Made by a program: the position numbers and the translations under genes. DNA of 63,686 bases, counting the filler, from Octopus bimaculoides (Eukaryota), in NCBI RefSeq assembly GCF_001194135.2. It is 6 parts of 4 records of this genome, joined end to end, with 100 filler letters (N's around TTAATTAATTAA, not from the genome) between each part and the next. Parts side by side here need not be neighbours in the genome. Positions count along the whole stretch, not along the records: positions 31,184 to 39,944 come from NC_068996.1; positions 40,045 to 56,966 come from NC_068983.1; 4 more parts are not named here. One strand, written 5' to 3'. The notes under the pieces were generated by a model, which ran no database searches, was not told the DNA's origin, and worked only from the letters and a program-made list of their open reading frames with translations. Shown here piece after piece: positions 37,119-48,972 of this stretch; position 1 is the first letter of the stretch, and each line of letters begins with the position of its first letter.

Positions 37119-37745
37119 ATTGCTTATATATATTCACATAAGCACACTCATACTCATATATATATATATATATANNNNNNNNNNNNNNNNNNNNNNNNNN
37201 NNNNNNNNNNNNNNNNNNNNNNNNNNNNNNNNNNNNNNNNNNNNNNNNNNNNNNNNNNNNNNNNNNNNNNNNNNNNNNNNNNNNNNNNNNNNNNNNNNNN
37301 NNNNNNNNNNNNNNNNNNNNNNNNNNNNNNNNNNNNNNNNNNNNNNNNNNNNNNNNNNNNNNNNNNNNNNNNNNNNNNNNNNNNNNNNNNNNNNNNNNNN
37401 NNNNNNNNNNNNNNNNNNNNNNNNNNNNNNNNNNNNNNNNNNNNNNNNNNNNNNNNNNNNNNNNNNNNNNNNNNNNNNNNNNNNNNNNNNNNNNNNNNNN
37501 NNNNNNNNNNNNNNNNNNNNNNNNNNNNNNNNNNNNNNNNNNNNNNNNNNNNNNNNNNNNNNNNNNNNNNNNNNNNNNNNNNNNNNNNNNNNNNNNNNNN
37601 NNNNNNNNNNNNNNNNNNNNNNNNNNNNNNNNNNNNNNNNNNNNNNNNNNNNNNNNNNNNNNNNNNNNNNNNNNNNNNNNNNNNNNNNNNNNNNNNNNNN
37701 NNNNNNNNNNNNNNNNNNNNNNNNNNNNNNNNNNNNNNNNNNNNN

Positions 37746-37785
<40 letters not shown>

Positions 37786-37789
37786 CTTG

Positions 37790-39660
37790 AAAACTCAAAA
37801 GCGCATGCTCAAAGTAGACCCGTTGAGACGGACCATCTTCGCCACATTCACCGACCGACCTTTTAACAAAATTGCTGGAAGTCAGCATTTCTATCTCAAT
37901 CTTCACTTTCCTTTTCAGGTGGTACTTGAAAAAGTTGATGAGGGGGTAGGCCAAAGAATAAAGTATTTGTCTTCAACCCTTTCAGTCTAGACTACCACAC
38001 AACCTCTTTTGCTACAGCCACAAAACAGATGAAAATTGCCTTTCCTTGCTGGTCAAAGGAAGGCGGTGGGGCAATCTTCATGATGGAAACAGCCGACAAG
38101 CGGAGACGTCCAACACGTGACAGCAGGTGTTCGACATAAACTCATATATCAGATATGCTCGGACACTGGACAAGTGTGTGCAGAACTGTCTCGTCGATCT
38201 ACGCACATCTCGTGCAGGTCCGACTGACGGCATTTCCGTGTCTATAGAATTTATCTCGAACAGGTAACCCCGCCCCTCCTGTAGCACTGCAAGGCCAGGA
38301 ATTTCTGGAAGTTATCCATAGGACCCAGCCACAAAGTCCTCCGGAACAGACTAGTAAGTTGAAATGCCTTGAGTCTCTCCAAGACCGTCATTTCCTTTCA
38401 CCACTAACCCTCTATACAACTCCATAGTAGAACTTTCGCAAACCGCATTGCCTGACTGGCTGAGGAGCGTGAGCGCCTACGCTTGATCCAAGATTGCAGC
38501 TCACTCAAAGAGCTGCGGGAAAGCCAATCTGACACACGGCGACCACACCTGCTTACCGTCGTCGAGGAAACACTGGATGTGTCGCAGCCTCTCCGCATGT
38601 CTGCGCCTCAATAGTCACAGCATACCCAGCCCACCGTTCATAGGGTGTTGATAGCAAATAGAACGCCTGACCAGCGAAGTCCGCCCCTTCCATAAGAGGC
38701 AGAAAAGCAAATGCTCCAGCTTGACCTGGTACGAACTGGGGCAAGGCACGACGGTGGAGCGGTAGTAAATGACTAAGGCAACATATGTATCGCCATCTCT
38801 GCCCGACCTTTCTAGGATAGCTTCCTCTCGGCCCATTTCTGGGTGAGACTGGCTACCCTGCTCGTCACCTCGCTCCAGTTGTTCTCCAGTGGGGGTCCTG
38901 TCCGAACCAGACCCCGAGTAATTTTACAGGCCTGTCCGTCCAACGTCCTACAACGTTATCGGTCGCCATGGATCTGCCTCTCGAGCTGCAGGCCCACCGA
39001 CTTTTCCGGATTAATCTTTACTCCCGTTACTCCTTCGTATTCTTTCACAGTATTGCTGACCAGGTCTATGTGCTTGTCGACCGACACTATGACTGTGACG
39101 TCGACTGCGTATGCCGACACAATTCTCCCACATCCTAGTTCACGCGAGATGCCTCTCAACGACTCCAGTTTCCGAAGTAATGGCTCGGAGGTCAGTACAT
39201 ACAGAAGGGACGAGAGTGGGCACCCTTGACGGGCTGAATGCACGATATTGAATGGTTTTGATAGGTGGTCATTCACCCGGATTACCGAATAGATGTCGCT
39301 GTACATGGCAGCGATCCAACCGCGGAAAACCAGACTAAAACCGCCCGCCGTGAGAACAGCTGACAGATATTGATGGTCAACCCTATCAAAGGCTTTTGAC
39401 TAATCTAAATTGATCAAAGCCCCACCCATGCCAGGTTTCTTAACTACCCGGTCCATAATGTAGCACATGAAGTATAGCTTGTCGTGGGTGTACCTGTTTG
39501 GGACGGCGCATGTTTGTGCGTCTCCAACCAGTTTCTCGACGACTAGCGCCACCTCTTCACTAACAGTTTGGCCAAAATTTTAATGTCTGCATTAAGCAGT
39601 GTGTTGGGCCTAAAATTATCTAATACCTCCCTCTTGTGTGGCTCCTTTCTCGGCAGAAGT
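37790..39660 (-). mobile_element. Tx1/L1-type LINE ORF2 remnant (RT to C-terminus)
   Basis: NFRPNTLLNADIKILAKL; ARQGCPLSSLLYVL; AYAVDVTV; GVKINPEKS; GGLGM. Confidence 0.9.
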
Positions 39661-39674
39661 ACTGCTCCTCGGCT

Positions 39675-39944
39675 CACAGCACACATCTTAAGGAAAGTAT
39701 TATCTGTCTGAGGTCCTTGTGGCGACTTGACAGATGACTAAAAGACTCTTGTGCATTTTTACCTACACTGTGTTACGAAGGAATAATAATAAATCCAACC
39801 CCAAAAAACTCTACCAAGAACTGGGTAAAAATAAAATAGACATTACTTCAGCACCAACAGCAGAAGAACTAGAGAAATTCTGGAAACAAATACGGTCGGT
39901 GAAGCAACAACCCCAAAAAAGGACCATTAAAACAACGAACTTAG
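39675..39944 (+). mobile_element. Two abutting R4/Dong pieces: a 3' end (39675-39779), (TAA)n, then an RT N-terminal region (39790-39944)
   Basis: First part matches 36636-36720; second reads NPKKLYQELGKNKIDITSAPTAEELEKFWKQI. Confidence 0.8.
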
Positions 39945-40361
39945 NNNNNNNNNNNNNNNNNNNNNNNNNNNNNNNNNNNNNNNNNNNNTTAATTAATTAA
40001 NNNNNNNNNNNNNNNNNNNNNNNNNNNNNNNNNNNNNNNNNNNNGCACAGCTTCCTGCTATCCCTTATAGTTTTCAAGAACCTAGTGAAAGGTGTAAGCA
40101 AGAGGATCTCGAATCTAGGTAAGGCTATGTAAGTGCTATGGGAGGACTGTAAGTAGACTCTTGGTTCTATAATTACATGAGTGGGGAGTCTTATGCAGTT
40201 CTTGTGTGAGCATGTATATGTTAAGTAAAATGAGACAACAAAACTAAGGCTGTGTGGAATTTATAGGACATTTATAAAGAGAAAGGTAAAGGGAAATATA
40301 TATATTTCGTCAGTAAATCATATATACAAAAGCACTCTCTAAGATATAGACCAGTAGAGTA

Positions 40362-40578
40362 ATTTGATAAAAATAGTTATAGTCAGTCTGGAGTTACTCA
40401 GGGTTTCATGTCCATAGAGTGCTCAGCTTTATAGCGTCTTTTCAGACCCTAATGGTTAGTGACCTATAACTCTCTACATTAGCCATTAAGGCATGAAGAG
40501 ATGCTGTGAAGCTAAGTGCTTTATAGACGTGATACCCTGGGTAACCTCATAGACCAGCCATAACTATCTTTATCTAAT
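40362..40578. repeat. 217-bp imperfect inverted repeat (about 97-bp arms, 21-nt loop)
   Basis: Arms align along their length with mostly transition differences. Confidence 0.85.
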
Positions 40579-41579
40579 AAATATATATATAATCTTCTTG
40601 AATGTAAAGTAAGATATACTTTATTAGAAGCAATACAAGTTTTCTGTAATCAAATGAATAAATGTAAATGATGCCTTCTTTTATCTTTTCATGTGTGTAT
40701 GTGTGCTTTTGTTAGTATATACACAGGACTATGACAAGCTTCTGTATAGTTGCTATCTTCCAGATCCTACTCAGAAAGTCTTGGTTAACCTGAGGCTATA
40801 ATAAAAAAACACTTGTGTAATGTAACTTGCAGTGGGATTGAACTCAGAATCATGTTGTTTGCAAAGTAAACTTCTTAAACATGCAGCCTTACGCTCTATA
40901 CAATTATGTATTGATTGATGCACAGTAAGAGATTTATTAACATAGGCTTATCATTTGTCATGAATTCAAGACATGGATTGTTAATCATTAGAGTAATGTC
41001 CATACTCAGAAGTATACACCACAAATAAAATGGCTTTCAATTTTACAAAGATTCTTTCTAATGTCCATTTAATGGAGCAATGAATGTACAAAGTAGGATC
41101 ATATCACAATCTCATTCAGAGTTGACAAGATCTAGTGAACATCAGATTATTTTAAAATCTGTAGAATATAACTACCTTCTTTAAGATATATGCATATATA
41201 TTTAACAGAGATTTGAAGAAAACCCAGGAAATCTGAGTCTCCAAAGATGTGTTATTGAATTACTTAATTTCTTTAAATAATACATGTTTTATTTTTAAAA
41301 TCAATTTATTATTTTCCCAGCTTTTAGTTCATTCAATCTTATTACAAATAAAATGATTAATTAGTATGAAGATTCTACTAGTGATTAGAGTAACAAACTG
41401 ACAATCTAACTTTATTGATTAAGTGAAAGCTTATTCTTTGTGTCTTTGTCATTCATGTCATGTGCTATATAAAAGCAACTGCTAAATACATTTAGAGGTA
41501 GAATGCATTTTAATTTTCCCATTGCACAAACATATTTTTGGAAAAAATAAGAGAGGTCTGCTTTTCTGACTTATAATTT

Positions 41580-41950
41580 AATGGTTTCAAATTTTGGCAC
41601 AACTCCAGTTCTTCATGGGAGGGGGTAAGTTGATTACATCAACCCCATTACTCAATTAGTACTTACTTTATCGACCTTGAAAGAATGGAAGATAAAAATC
41701 GACCAAGGCTGAATTTGAACTCAGAACATAAAGATGGACAAAATGCTGCTAAGCATTTTGTTGAGCATGCTAATGATTCTGCCAGCTCATCACCTTTTTC
41801 TGAATTATAATATTGAAAGCATGTTCAAATTTCGCCAAGGCTTTCATTATTTTGGGGTCAATAAAATAAGTACCAGTTAAGTACTGAGGTTGATGGAATC
41901 AACTTATCCCCTCATCTGTAGTTGCTGGCCTTGTGCCAAAATTTGAAATC
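41580..41950. mobile_element. Two SINE B copies in inverted orientation (41580-41795 minus; 41822-41950 plus)
   Basis: Both tail type 3; the plus copy has a 16-bp TSD AATATTGAAAGCATGT (41809-41824 / 41951-41966). Confidence 0.85.
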
Positions 41951-42589
41951 AATATTGAAAGCATGTCCAAAGATTGAAAACTTGCTTCCATTATCCCTAA
42001 TGGTACTGAAACTAATATAATGAAAAACATGAGAAAAAAGCAAGCTATCAAAGTATGTCAAATTCTATTTAATAGAGACATTAGACAGTTTATCTCCTCT
42101 ACCAGAGCAATTATAACTGCTTGTTTAACACAAATTAGTCCCTATCAGTTTTAATAAACTGTTTACAGATGCAAGCATTGTTGTCTGGTTAAGACCTTCA
42201 CTTTACAACCACATAGCTTCAGATTCAGTCCCACAAATGGTACCTTTGGCAAGTGTTCTCTACTACTATAGATGCAGTCAAATTGTGAGTGGTTGACAGA
42301 AACTGTATGGAAGCCTGTCAAATATATAAAAGCCTTTGACTATTTTTATCCAAAAGGGATTTTCAACTTAATGTTTACATGATACTGTTTATAGCTTTAT
42401 ATGTACTTCGAGATATGATTCTAAAAAAGGATTATTCCATGTTCTCTCAAAAGTTCGTAAATTCTTATGATGCTAGCATTAAAAGTGCACATGAGTGTGC
42501 GTGTGTGCATCTGTGTGTTTGTGTGTGTGCATCTATGTGTGTACGTTTGTGTGACTGTATCAGTGTGTGTGTGTGTGTGTGTGTGATGC

Positions 42590-42930
42590 CATTACTATCT
42601 TCCCCTTCTTATCTTCTTCAGCCATGTATCTTCTCTATAACAAGATGCCTATCCTTGTCCCTCTGTCACACTTTAGCCTTTCAATGCCTGGAATAAAGCC
42701 ACCCACCTCCACCTTCCCCTCTCAAATACTTCCTCTTGTTAGCAGGAGCTTTTTCCCTTTCTTTTTCCTCTCTGCTTTTCTATGTTTCAAGTGACATGGC
42801 AACCTCACTAGTGCCAGTAGTATGAAAAAAGCATCCACTATACTCTGTAAAGTGGTTGTCATTAGTAATGGTATTCAACTATAGAAACCATGCCAAAATG
42901 ACACTGCAGCTCAATACAGCTCTGCAGCTC
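42590..42930 (+). mobile_element. Non-coding element sharing the RTE 3' tail; second copy at 44395-44778
   Basis: Two colinear copies (TTAGCCTTTCAATGCCTGG..TTTCAAGTGACATGGCAACC..AAAGTGGTTG..TATAGAAAC); tail matches 48185-48310. Confidence 0.75.
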
Positions 42931-42931
42931 A

Positions 42932-43383
42932 CCTGATATAGAAAGTCTTACAAATAAATCTATTGTTCAGGCTTTGATGTGAAGCATTTTACAGCAGCGC
43001 TTAGCCATATTTCTTTGGTCTTTCTGATATTGTTACAGAATTTTATCATTCATGCCTTCTATATTAAGTTAAAGTCAAAATATATACAAAGTTTCATTCT
43101 GCAATCATCAGTTGATGTGCTTTTCCCAAGTGGTTACCCATCTAAACACTAACTAGGCTCTTAAATTTATCCTCATAGTAGTGTTGAACATTTCCTGATA
43201 TAGGAGGCCTTAAAGATAAACCCATTGTTCTGGTTTTGATGTGAAGCATTTTACAGCAGCGCTTGGCCATATTTCTTTGGTCTTTTTGATATTGTTACAG
43301 AATTTTATCATTTATGCCTTGTATATTAATCTAATGTCAAAATATATACAAAGTTTCATTCTGCAATCCTCAGCTGATGTTCT
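42932..43383. repeat. About 190-bp direct repeats offset by 262 bp, with a 5S rRNA relic between them
   Basis: 42932-43121 vs 43194-43383; 43123-43160 is 30/38 identical to antisense 5S recalled from memory, all differences transitions. Confidence 0.8.
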
Positions 43384-43915
43384 ATTCTTTATGAGTTGGA
43401 TGGGATATAAATACTAAATATGCGAAAAAAAAAATGATGAAGGAAAATAATCTTAAAACAAATTAATTATATGTTAGCCATAATATTCAATCTTCAAAAA
43501 AAACCACAAAAGAAAGGAAAAAAGGAACCCATAAAATGCCAATTTTACTAGCTTTCATATATATAACCTTATTAATAACTATTATTATACACCAACAAAA
43601 GGCAAATAAATTCATTATATCATAACTTTTTTAATCTGAATAGTTTTCAAAATAACTTTTGTTTTACTTTGCATTTCTTCTCTTTTTTTTTTTTTCTCGG
43701 AAGTTTCTTTATCTCCAGTCCATTGTGTTTGTTGTGAACAGGTTTAGATATTGTATTTCTGCATGCAATTCTGTTCTTCCATAACCTCATAGTAATTTCT
43801 AAATGACTTGTGGTGATGTGAGACTTTTCTGTATTCATTGAGTATATTATATTGAGACATATTTTCTGATTGGACAACTACACTGATGGAATTATTTTTT
43901 TAGTTGAAAGGTGTA

Positions 43916-43990
<75 letters not shown>

Positions 43991-44159
43991 TGGGATGTTG
44001 GGATATAATGATACATGAATTTGAATTAGCTGTGTGTGTATGTGTATATATCTAAAAGTGTATATCAAACTATCGATATCTTCATCTGATACTTACATAC
44101 ATACATGCATACATACATACATATATATATACATACGTACATACGTACGTACATAGATC

Positions 44160-44385
44160 ATTATCATCATCATCATCAACAACAACATTTAACATCTGTT
44201 TTCCATGCTGGTATGTGTTGGATGGCTTGACAGGAAATGGCAAGACCAGGAGTTGTACCAGGTTCCATTGTCTCTTTTGGCTTGGTTTCTTCTGCTGGAT
44301 ACCCTTTCTAATGTCACCCACTTTACAGGGTGTACTGGGTGCATTTGACATGACACATTCACCAGTGCTTTTTATGTAACATCAC
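44160..44385 (-). mobile_element. RTE-type 3' tail fragment
   Basis: rc of ..CCAGCATGGAAAACAGATGTTAAATG followed by (TGA/TGT)n. Confidence 0.7.
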
Positions 44386-44903
44386 ATTACCTCTCCCTTA
44401 TCTCCTTCAGCCATGTCCTTGTCCCTCTGTCACTTGTTCTTGTCATTCTTTCATACTTTAGCCTTTCAATGCCTGGCATAAAGCCACCCACTTCAACCTT
44501 CCCCTCCTGAATACTTCTTGTTAGCAGAAGTTTTGTCCCTTTCCTTTTCCTCTGTTCTTTACTATGTTTCAAGTGACATGGCAACCTTGTTACTGTCAGC
44601 AACACGAAAAAAGCACCCAGTACACTATGTAAAGTGGTTGGCATAAGTAATGGCATCCAGCTATAGAAACTATGCCAAAGTGACATTGGAGCTTGATAGA
44701 GCTCTGTAGCTCATCAATTCCCAGTCAAAACATGCAATCCATGCCAACATGAAAAGCGGATGTTAAATGGTGATGATGATATATATATATTTGTTTTCCA
44801 AGTTGGACAGCATTTCTTAAGGCAGTATTCAATAGCTGGATACCCTTCCTGACAACAACTCCTACTTGTTTTGTAAGTTGTCTTACAAAATGAGCTGCTA
44901 CAA

Positions 44904-44935
<32 letters not shown>

Positions 44936-45074
44936 GTACTAGTGTACATACTTATAAAATAGGTTTTGATATAGTTTCTGTCTCCTTAATTTCACTCACA
45001 AGGCACTGGTCAACCCAAGAAAATAGAAGATGGTATCTATTTAATATGTAACACAATGTGAATGAAACTAAAAC

Positions 45075-45216
45075 ATACATTATTTACATTTGATGGATAT
45101 TTGTCCACATCTTGTTTGTTGTTAACACAACATTTCGGCTGATATACCCTCCAGTTTTCATCAGTTGCCTTGGGGAAATTTCGAACCTGGGTTTTCATTC
45201 CTAAGGTATTTTTTGA

Positions 45217-45260
<44 letters not shown>

Positions 45261-45358
45261 TCACTGCCTGGAATCGAACTCGGAATCTTGGAGTTAGTAG
45301 CCCATGCTCTTAACCACTACGCCATATACCCGTGGCATAGTGGTTAAGAGCGCGAGCA
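45075..45358 (-). mobile_element. tRNA-headed element: inverted head copy, tRNA-like head, (TAA)n, minimal type-I hammerhead
   Basis: A box TGGCGTAGTGG, B box GAGTTCGATTCC; GGCAA-CTGATGA-A-AACTG-10nt-CAGCC-GAAA-TGTT-GTGTT at 45169-45124. Confidence 0.75.
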
Positions 45359-46934
45359 TTTGATATGTTGAAAATATTTCTAACCACACAAACACACATA
45401 TTTTGACATAGAACTCAAGATTTTCAATCTTTGGCTTAAAAAATGTTTGGAAAATAGATTCTTTATTCTTTTGTTATTTTCATTTTGGCATATTTCTAAG
45501 ATTTCAATAGACTTTTCTATTCTGAGAAATTGAGCAAAAGTGAATATTTAACAGTCTATTCAGATATAAATGTGGAATGTATTTTATTGTCTGGAAAGCT
45601 TGACTTATGAAAGAATAACCAACTCCAATCATTTCACCCGTAAACAACTTTCTTTTATGAATTATTACTTCCATGTGTATATGTAATAGTTGTTGTTCTC
45701 AATGCTATTTTAAGGTATGAGAACACTAGACCCATAGACCTTTGAGGGCTAGGGCCCCACTATGGTTTGCTGTTAATAAAAAGTATAGGGTTAGTGCATT
45801 GATTAGCTCAGGTGTCTATAATGATTTGAAGATAGCCCAAGTTGTTGTTGGTGGTTTAGTTTCAATTGCTCCTCATCTAGTAAGACCTATGATTAAAGGC
45901 AATCCTGGCATGGCCATCCCAGCTTAATTATTTTGTCAGATATAGTCTACACCTCACTATATTAATCAATTTGTCCTTTTCAGAGAGGATAAAACATGTT
46001 TTAAGAAAAAATTAACTGCTATTTCTAGTAAACTGAGTGTCCACACAAAGGATCCCCTCAGTTATTTTTAGCTTGCATTAACTAAAACATGAATCGAATT
46101 ACACAATGTTTAACATCCTTATAATTTTCTCTCGCCCACCAGTAAACTGTTTGACTTCTGTTCATTCTGATAACCCTTGAAATCATCTATTTTCAGATAA
46201 TTTTCTTTCAAATCTCTAAATCTATTTACTGAAAGTAATTTTGCATACCTAATAATTCAAATACTTTATTACTTTACTACTTTACAAATAACATTAAATT
46301 TCTCCCGTTGCCAATCACATTCCTCTGGTGAATAATAAATTCTCTTGAATATACAGAAATTACAACACAACATATAGATAAAAATGTAAGCTTTGCCACC
46401 AGAAACTTATCCCTCTAGACTTACTTTCAACAAAACAGAAGATCTTTCAATTTTCCTGTATCATTACTGTATTAACATAGGTCATGAGCTAAATCAATTA
46501 TTAATTGTTAACCCCTAGTGAAGCAATATCTAAGGATTAAGGCATGGTTGTGTGATTGAGAACTTCATTTCCCAACCATATGGTTTCTTATTCAGCCCCA
46601 CTGAATGGCTCCTTGGGCAAATGCTTTTTTTACTATAGCCCTAGGCCAATGAAAGTTTTGTGAGTGGATATGGTAGTTGTGTGTGTATGTATATATATGC
46701 ATACACACACACATACATACGTATATACAAATGTACATAAATACACATATCCATATATACAAATGCATATTTATGTTGTATGAATACATACAAGCATAGA
46801 CGCATACATATACACAATAGTCTTTCAGTTTTCAACCACCATATACACTCACAAAGCTTTGGTTGGCCTCAAGATTATTTTTTATTTTTAAGATTATTCT
46901 TTGAGATTATTCTTTATAAACTTTATAAACTCCA

Positions 46935-48314
46935 TACGATGTACCTGGTGTAAGCTATGGACACAAAAACGGTGCAGCAACATCAAAGGAAGGTTAACCA
47001 GGAAAATATTTTTTTGTGTTTGTCAGATGCACCAGGGCAATAAATACTGAAGATGTACAGAAAACAGATTCCATCACATGCCAGGGGAAGAAACTAGAAG
47101 TAGTTAATAGCTTCTGCTACCTAGGTGACCAAGTCTGTAATGAGGGTGGTTGCTCTGAGAGTGTAGCAACTAGAGTAAGAATAGCCTGAGCAAAGTTCAA
47201 GGAGCTCCTACCTCTGCTGGCAACTAAGGGCCTCTCATTCAGGGTGAAAGGTAGACTGTATGATGTATTTGTGCAAACTGCCATGCTATACAGCAGTGAA
47301 ACATGGGCCATGACTGCTGAGGACATGCGTAGGCTTGAAAGAAATGAAGTTAGCATGATCTGCTAGATGTGTATTGTCAGTGTGCATACACGACAGAGTG
47401 TGAGCACCCTGAGAGAAAAGTTGGGCATAAGACGCATCAAATGTGGTGTGCAAGAGAGATGACTGCACTAGTAGTCATATATTACAAATGGATGAGGACA
47501 GCTGTGTGAGGAAGTGCCACACCCTAACTCTAGAAGGAACCTGTGGAAGAGGTAGACCCAGGAAGACATGGGATGAGGTGGTGAAGCATGACCTTCGAAC
47601 ATTGGGCCTCACAGAGGCAATGACAGGAGACCTGCACCTTTGGAGATACGCTGTGATTGAGAAGACCCGGCAACTAAAGTGAGATCGCAGCCACACACAT
47701 CCAGCCCTGTTAAGAATACTCCTAATGTGTTGGGCTATATGACATGCTTGAGAAGACCTGTTGAGTCAAGTAAAACCAATATCGTAGCTGGGGCTGGTGC
47801 CCCCTGATTGGTTTCCATGCCGATGGCACGTAAAAAGCACCATCCAAACATGGTCAATGCCAGATCCGCCCAACTGGCTCCTGTGCCGGTGGCACATAAA
47901 AAGCACCAACTGATCGTGACTGATGCCAGTACCCCCTAACTGGCTCCTGTGCCGGTGGCATACAAAAACGACCTTTCGAACTTGTTTCTTTGCCAGACCC
48001 ACCATACTAGTTCCAGTACTGGTGACACATAAAATGCACCAACTGATCATGACCGATGCCAGTATCCCCTGACTAGCTCCTGTGTCGGTGTCATATAAAA
48101 AGCACCATCTAAACGTGATTGTTGCCAGGCCTGTCTTATGGGGACCCTGTGCCAGTGGCACGTAAAAAGCATGCTCTACACTCTCAGAGTGGTTGGCGTT
48201 AGGAAGGGCATCCAGCTGTAGAAGCTCTGCGAGACCAGATTAGAGCCTGGTGCAGCCGCTGGCTCTCAAGACCTCAGTCAAACCGTCTGACCCATGCCAG
48301 CATGGGAAACAGAT
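46935..48314 (+). mobile_element. RTE-clade LINE, 5'-truncated, with tandem repeats in the 3' UTR
   Basis: LEVVNSFCYLGD; TAMLYSSETW; GRGRPRKTWDEVVKHDL; stop at 47682. Confidence 0.92.
47818..48170 (+). repeat. 66-67-bp tandem array (about 6 units) in the RTE 3' UTR
   Basis: TGCCGGTGGCACGTAAAAAGCACC-like cores at 47818, 47884, 47950, 48017, 48083, 48150. Confidence 0.85.
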
Positions 48315-48919
48315 GGCTGGCTGGCTGGCTGGCTGGCTGACTTGGCTGGCTGACTTGGTTGGCTAGGTAGCTGGCTTGGCTGGCTGGCTGGTTTTATTCA
48401 GTTTTATTTCAAGATGTCGTGCCAATAGAGAAAGAGTCGGTTTCTAACCTAGATCGAAGGCTCCTTCGTTGGAATTTCAACATCAACAACAGGCTATTTT
48501 TGTATGTATGTATGTATTTTTTGTTTTATGCATGTCTTCTTATGTATATACATGCATATCTAGACATGCTCATATATCATTAGATGATAAACTTTTGAAA
48601 AGTTTTACAGACTTTTACAGTTCTAGTGATGGCTTGGATCAATAGTCTTCAAGTTAGCTTTCTCCTTTCTGGTTTTGAGAAGCACAATTTCTCAAGACTG
48701 GTTTTTAAGCAGTGCGTTACATATCTTACTGCCCAATAATTACAGGTATGAACCTGAACTTGTAATATGGATAGAGTGACTGCAGATTTCTCAATAGTTC
48801 AGCATAGATATTCCTTTTTTCACTGATCTTCAGCTTTATGTTAACATCTGTTAGGCAACTGATTTTCACAATTGTACAGTTTTTCTTTTCTATCCCAAAT
48901 CATCATATCAGGTCTATTG

Positions 48920-48972
<53 letters not shown>

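Noticed and set aside
45742-45927. Possible NUMT or exon (AQVVVGGLVSIAPHLVRPMIKGNPG)
   Set aside because: No match to a mitochondrial protein I recognise under either code and no clear splice sites; BLASTx would settle it.
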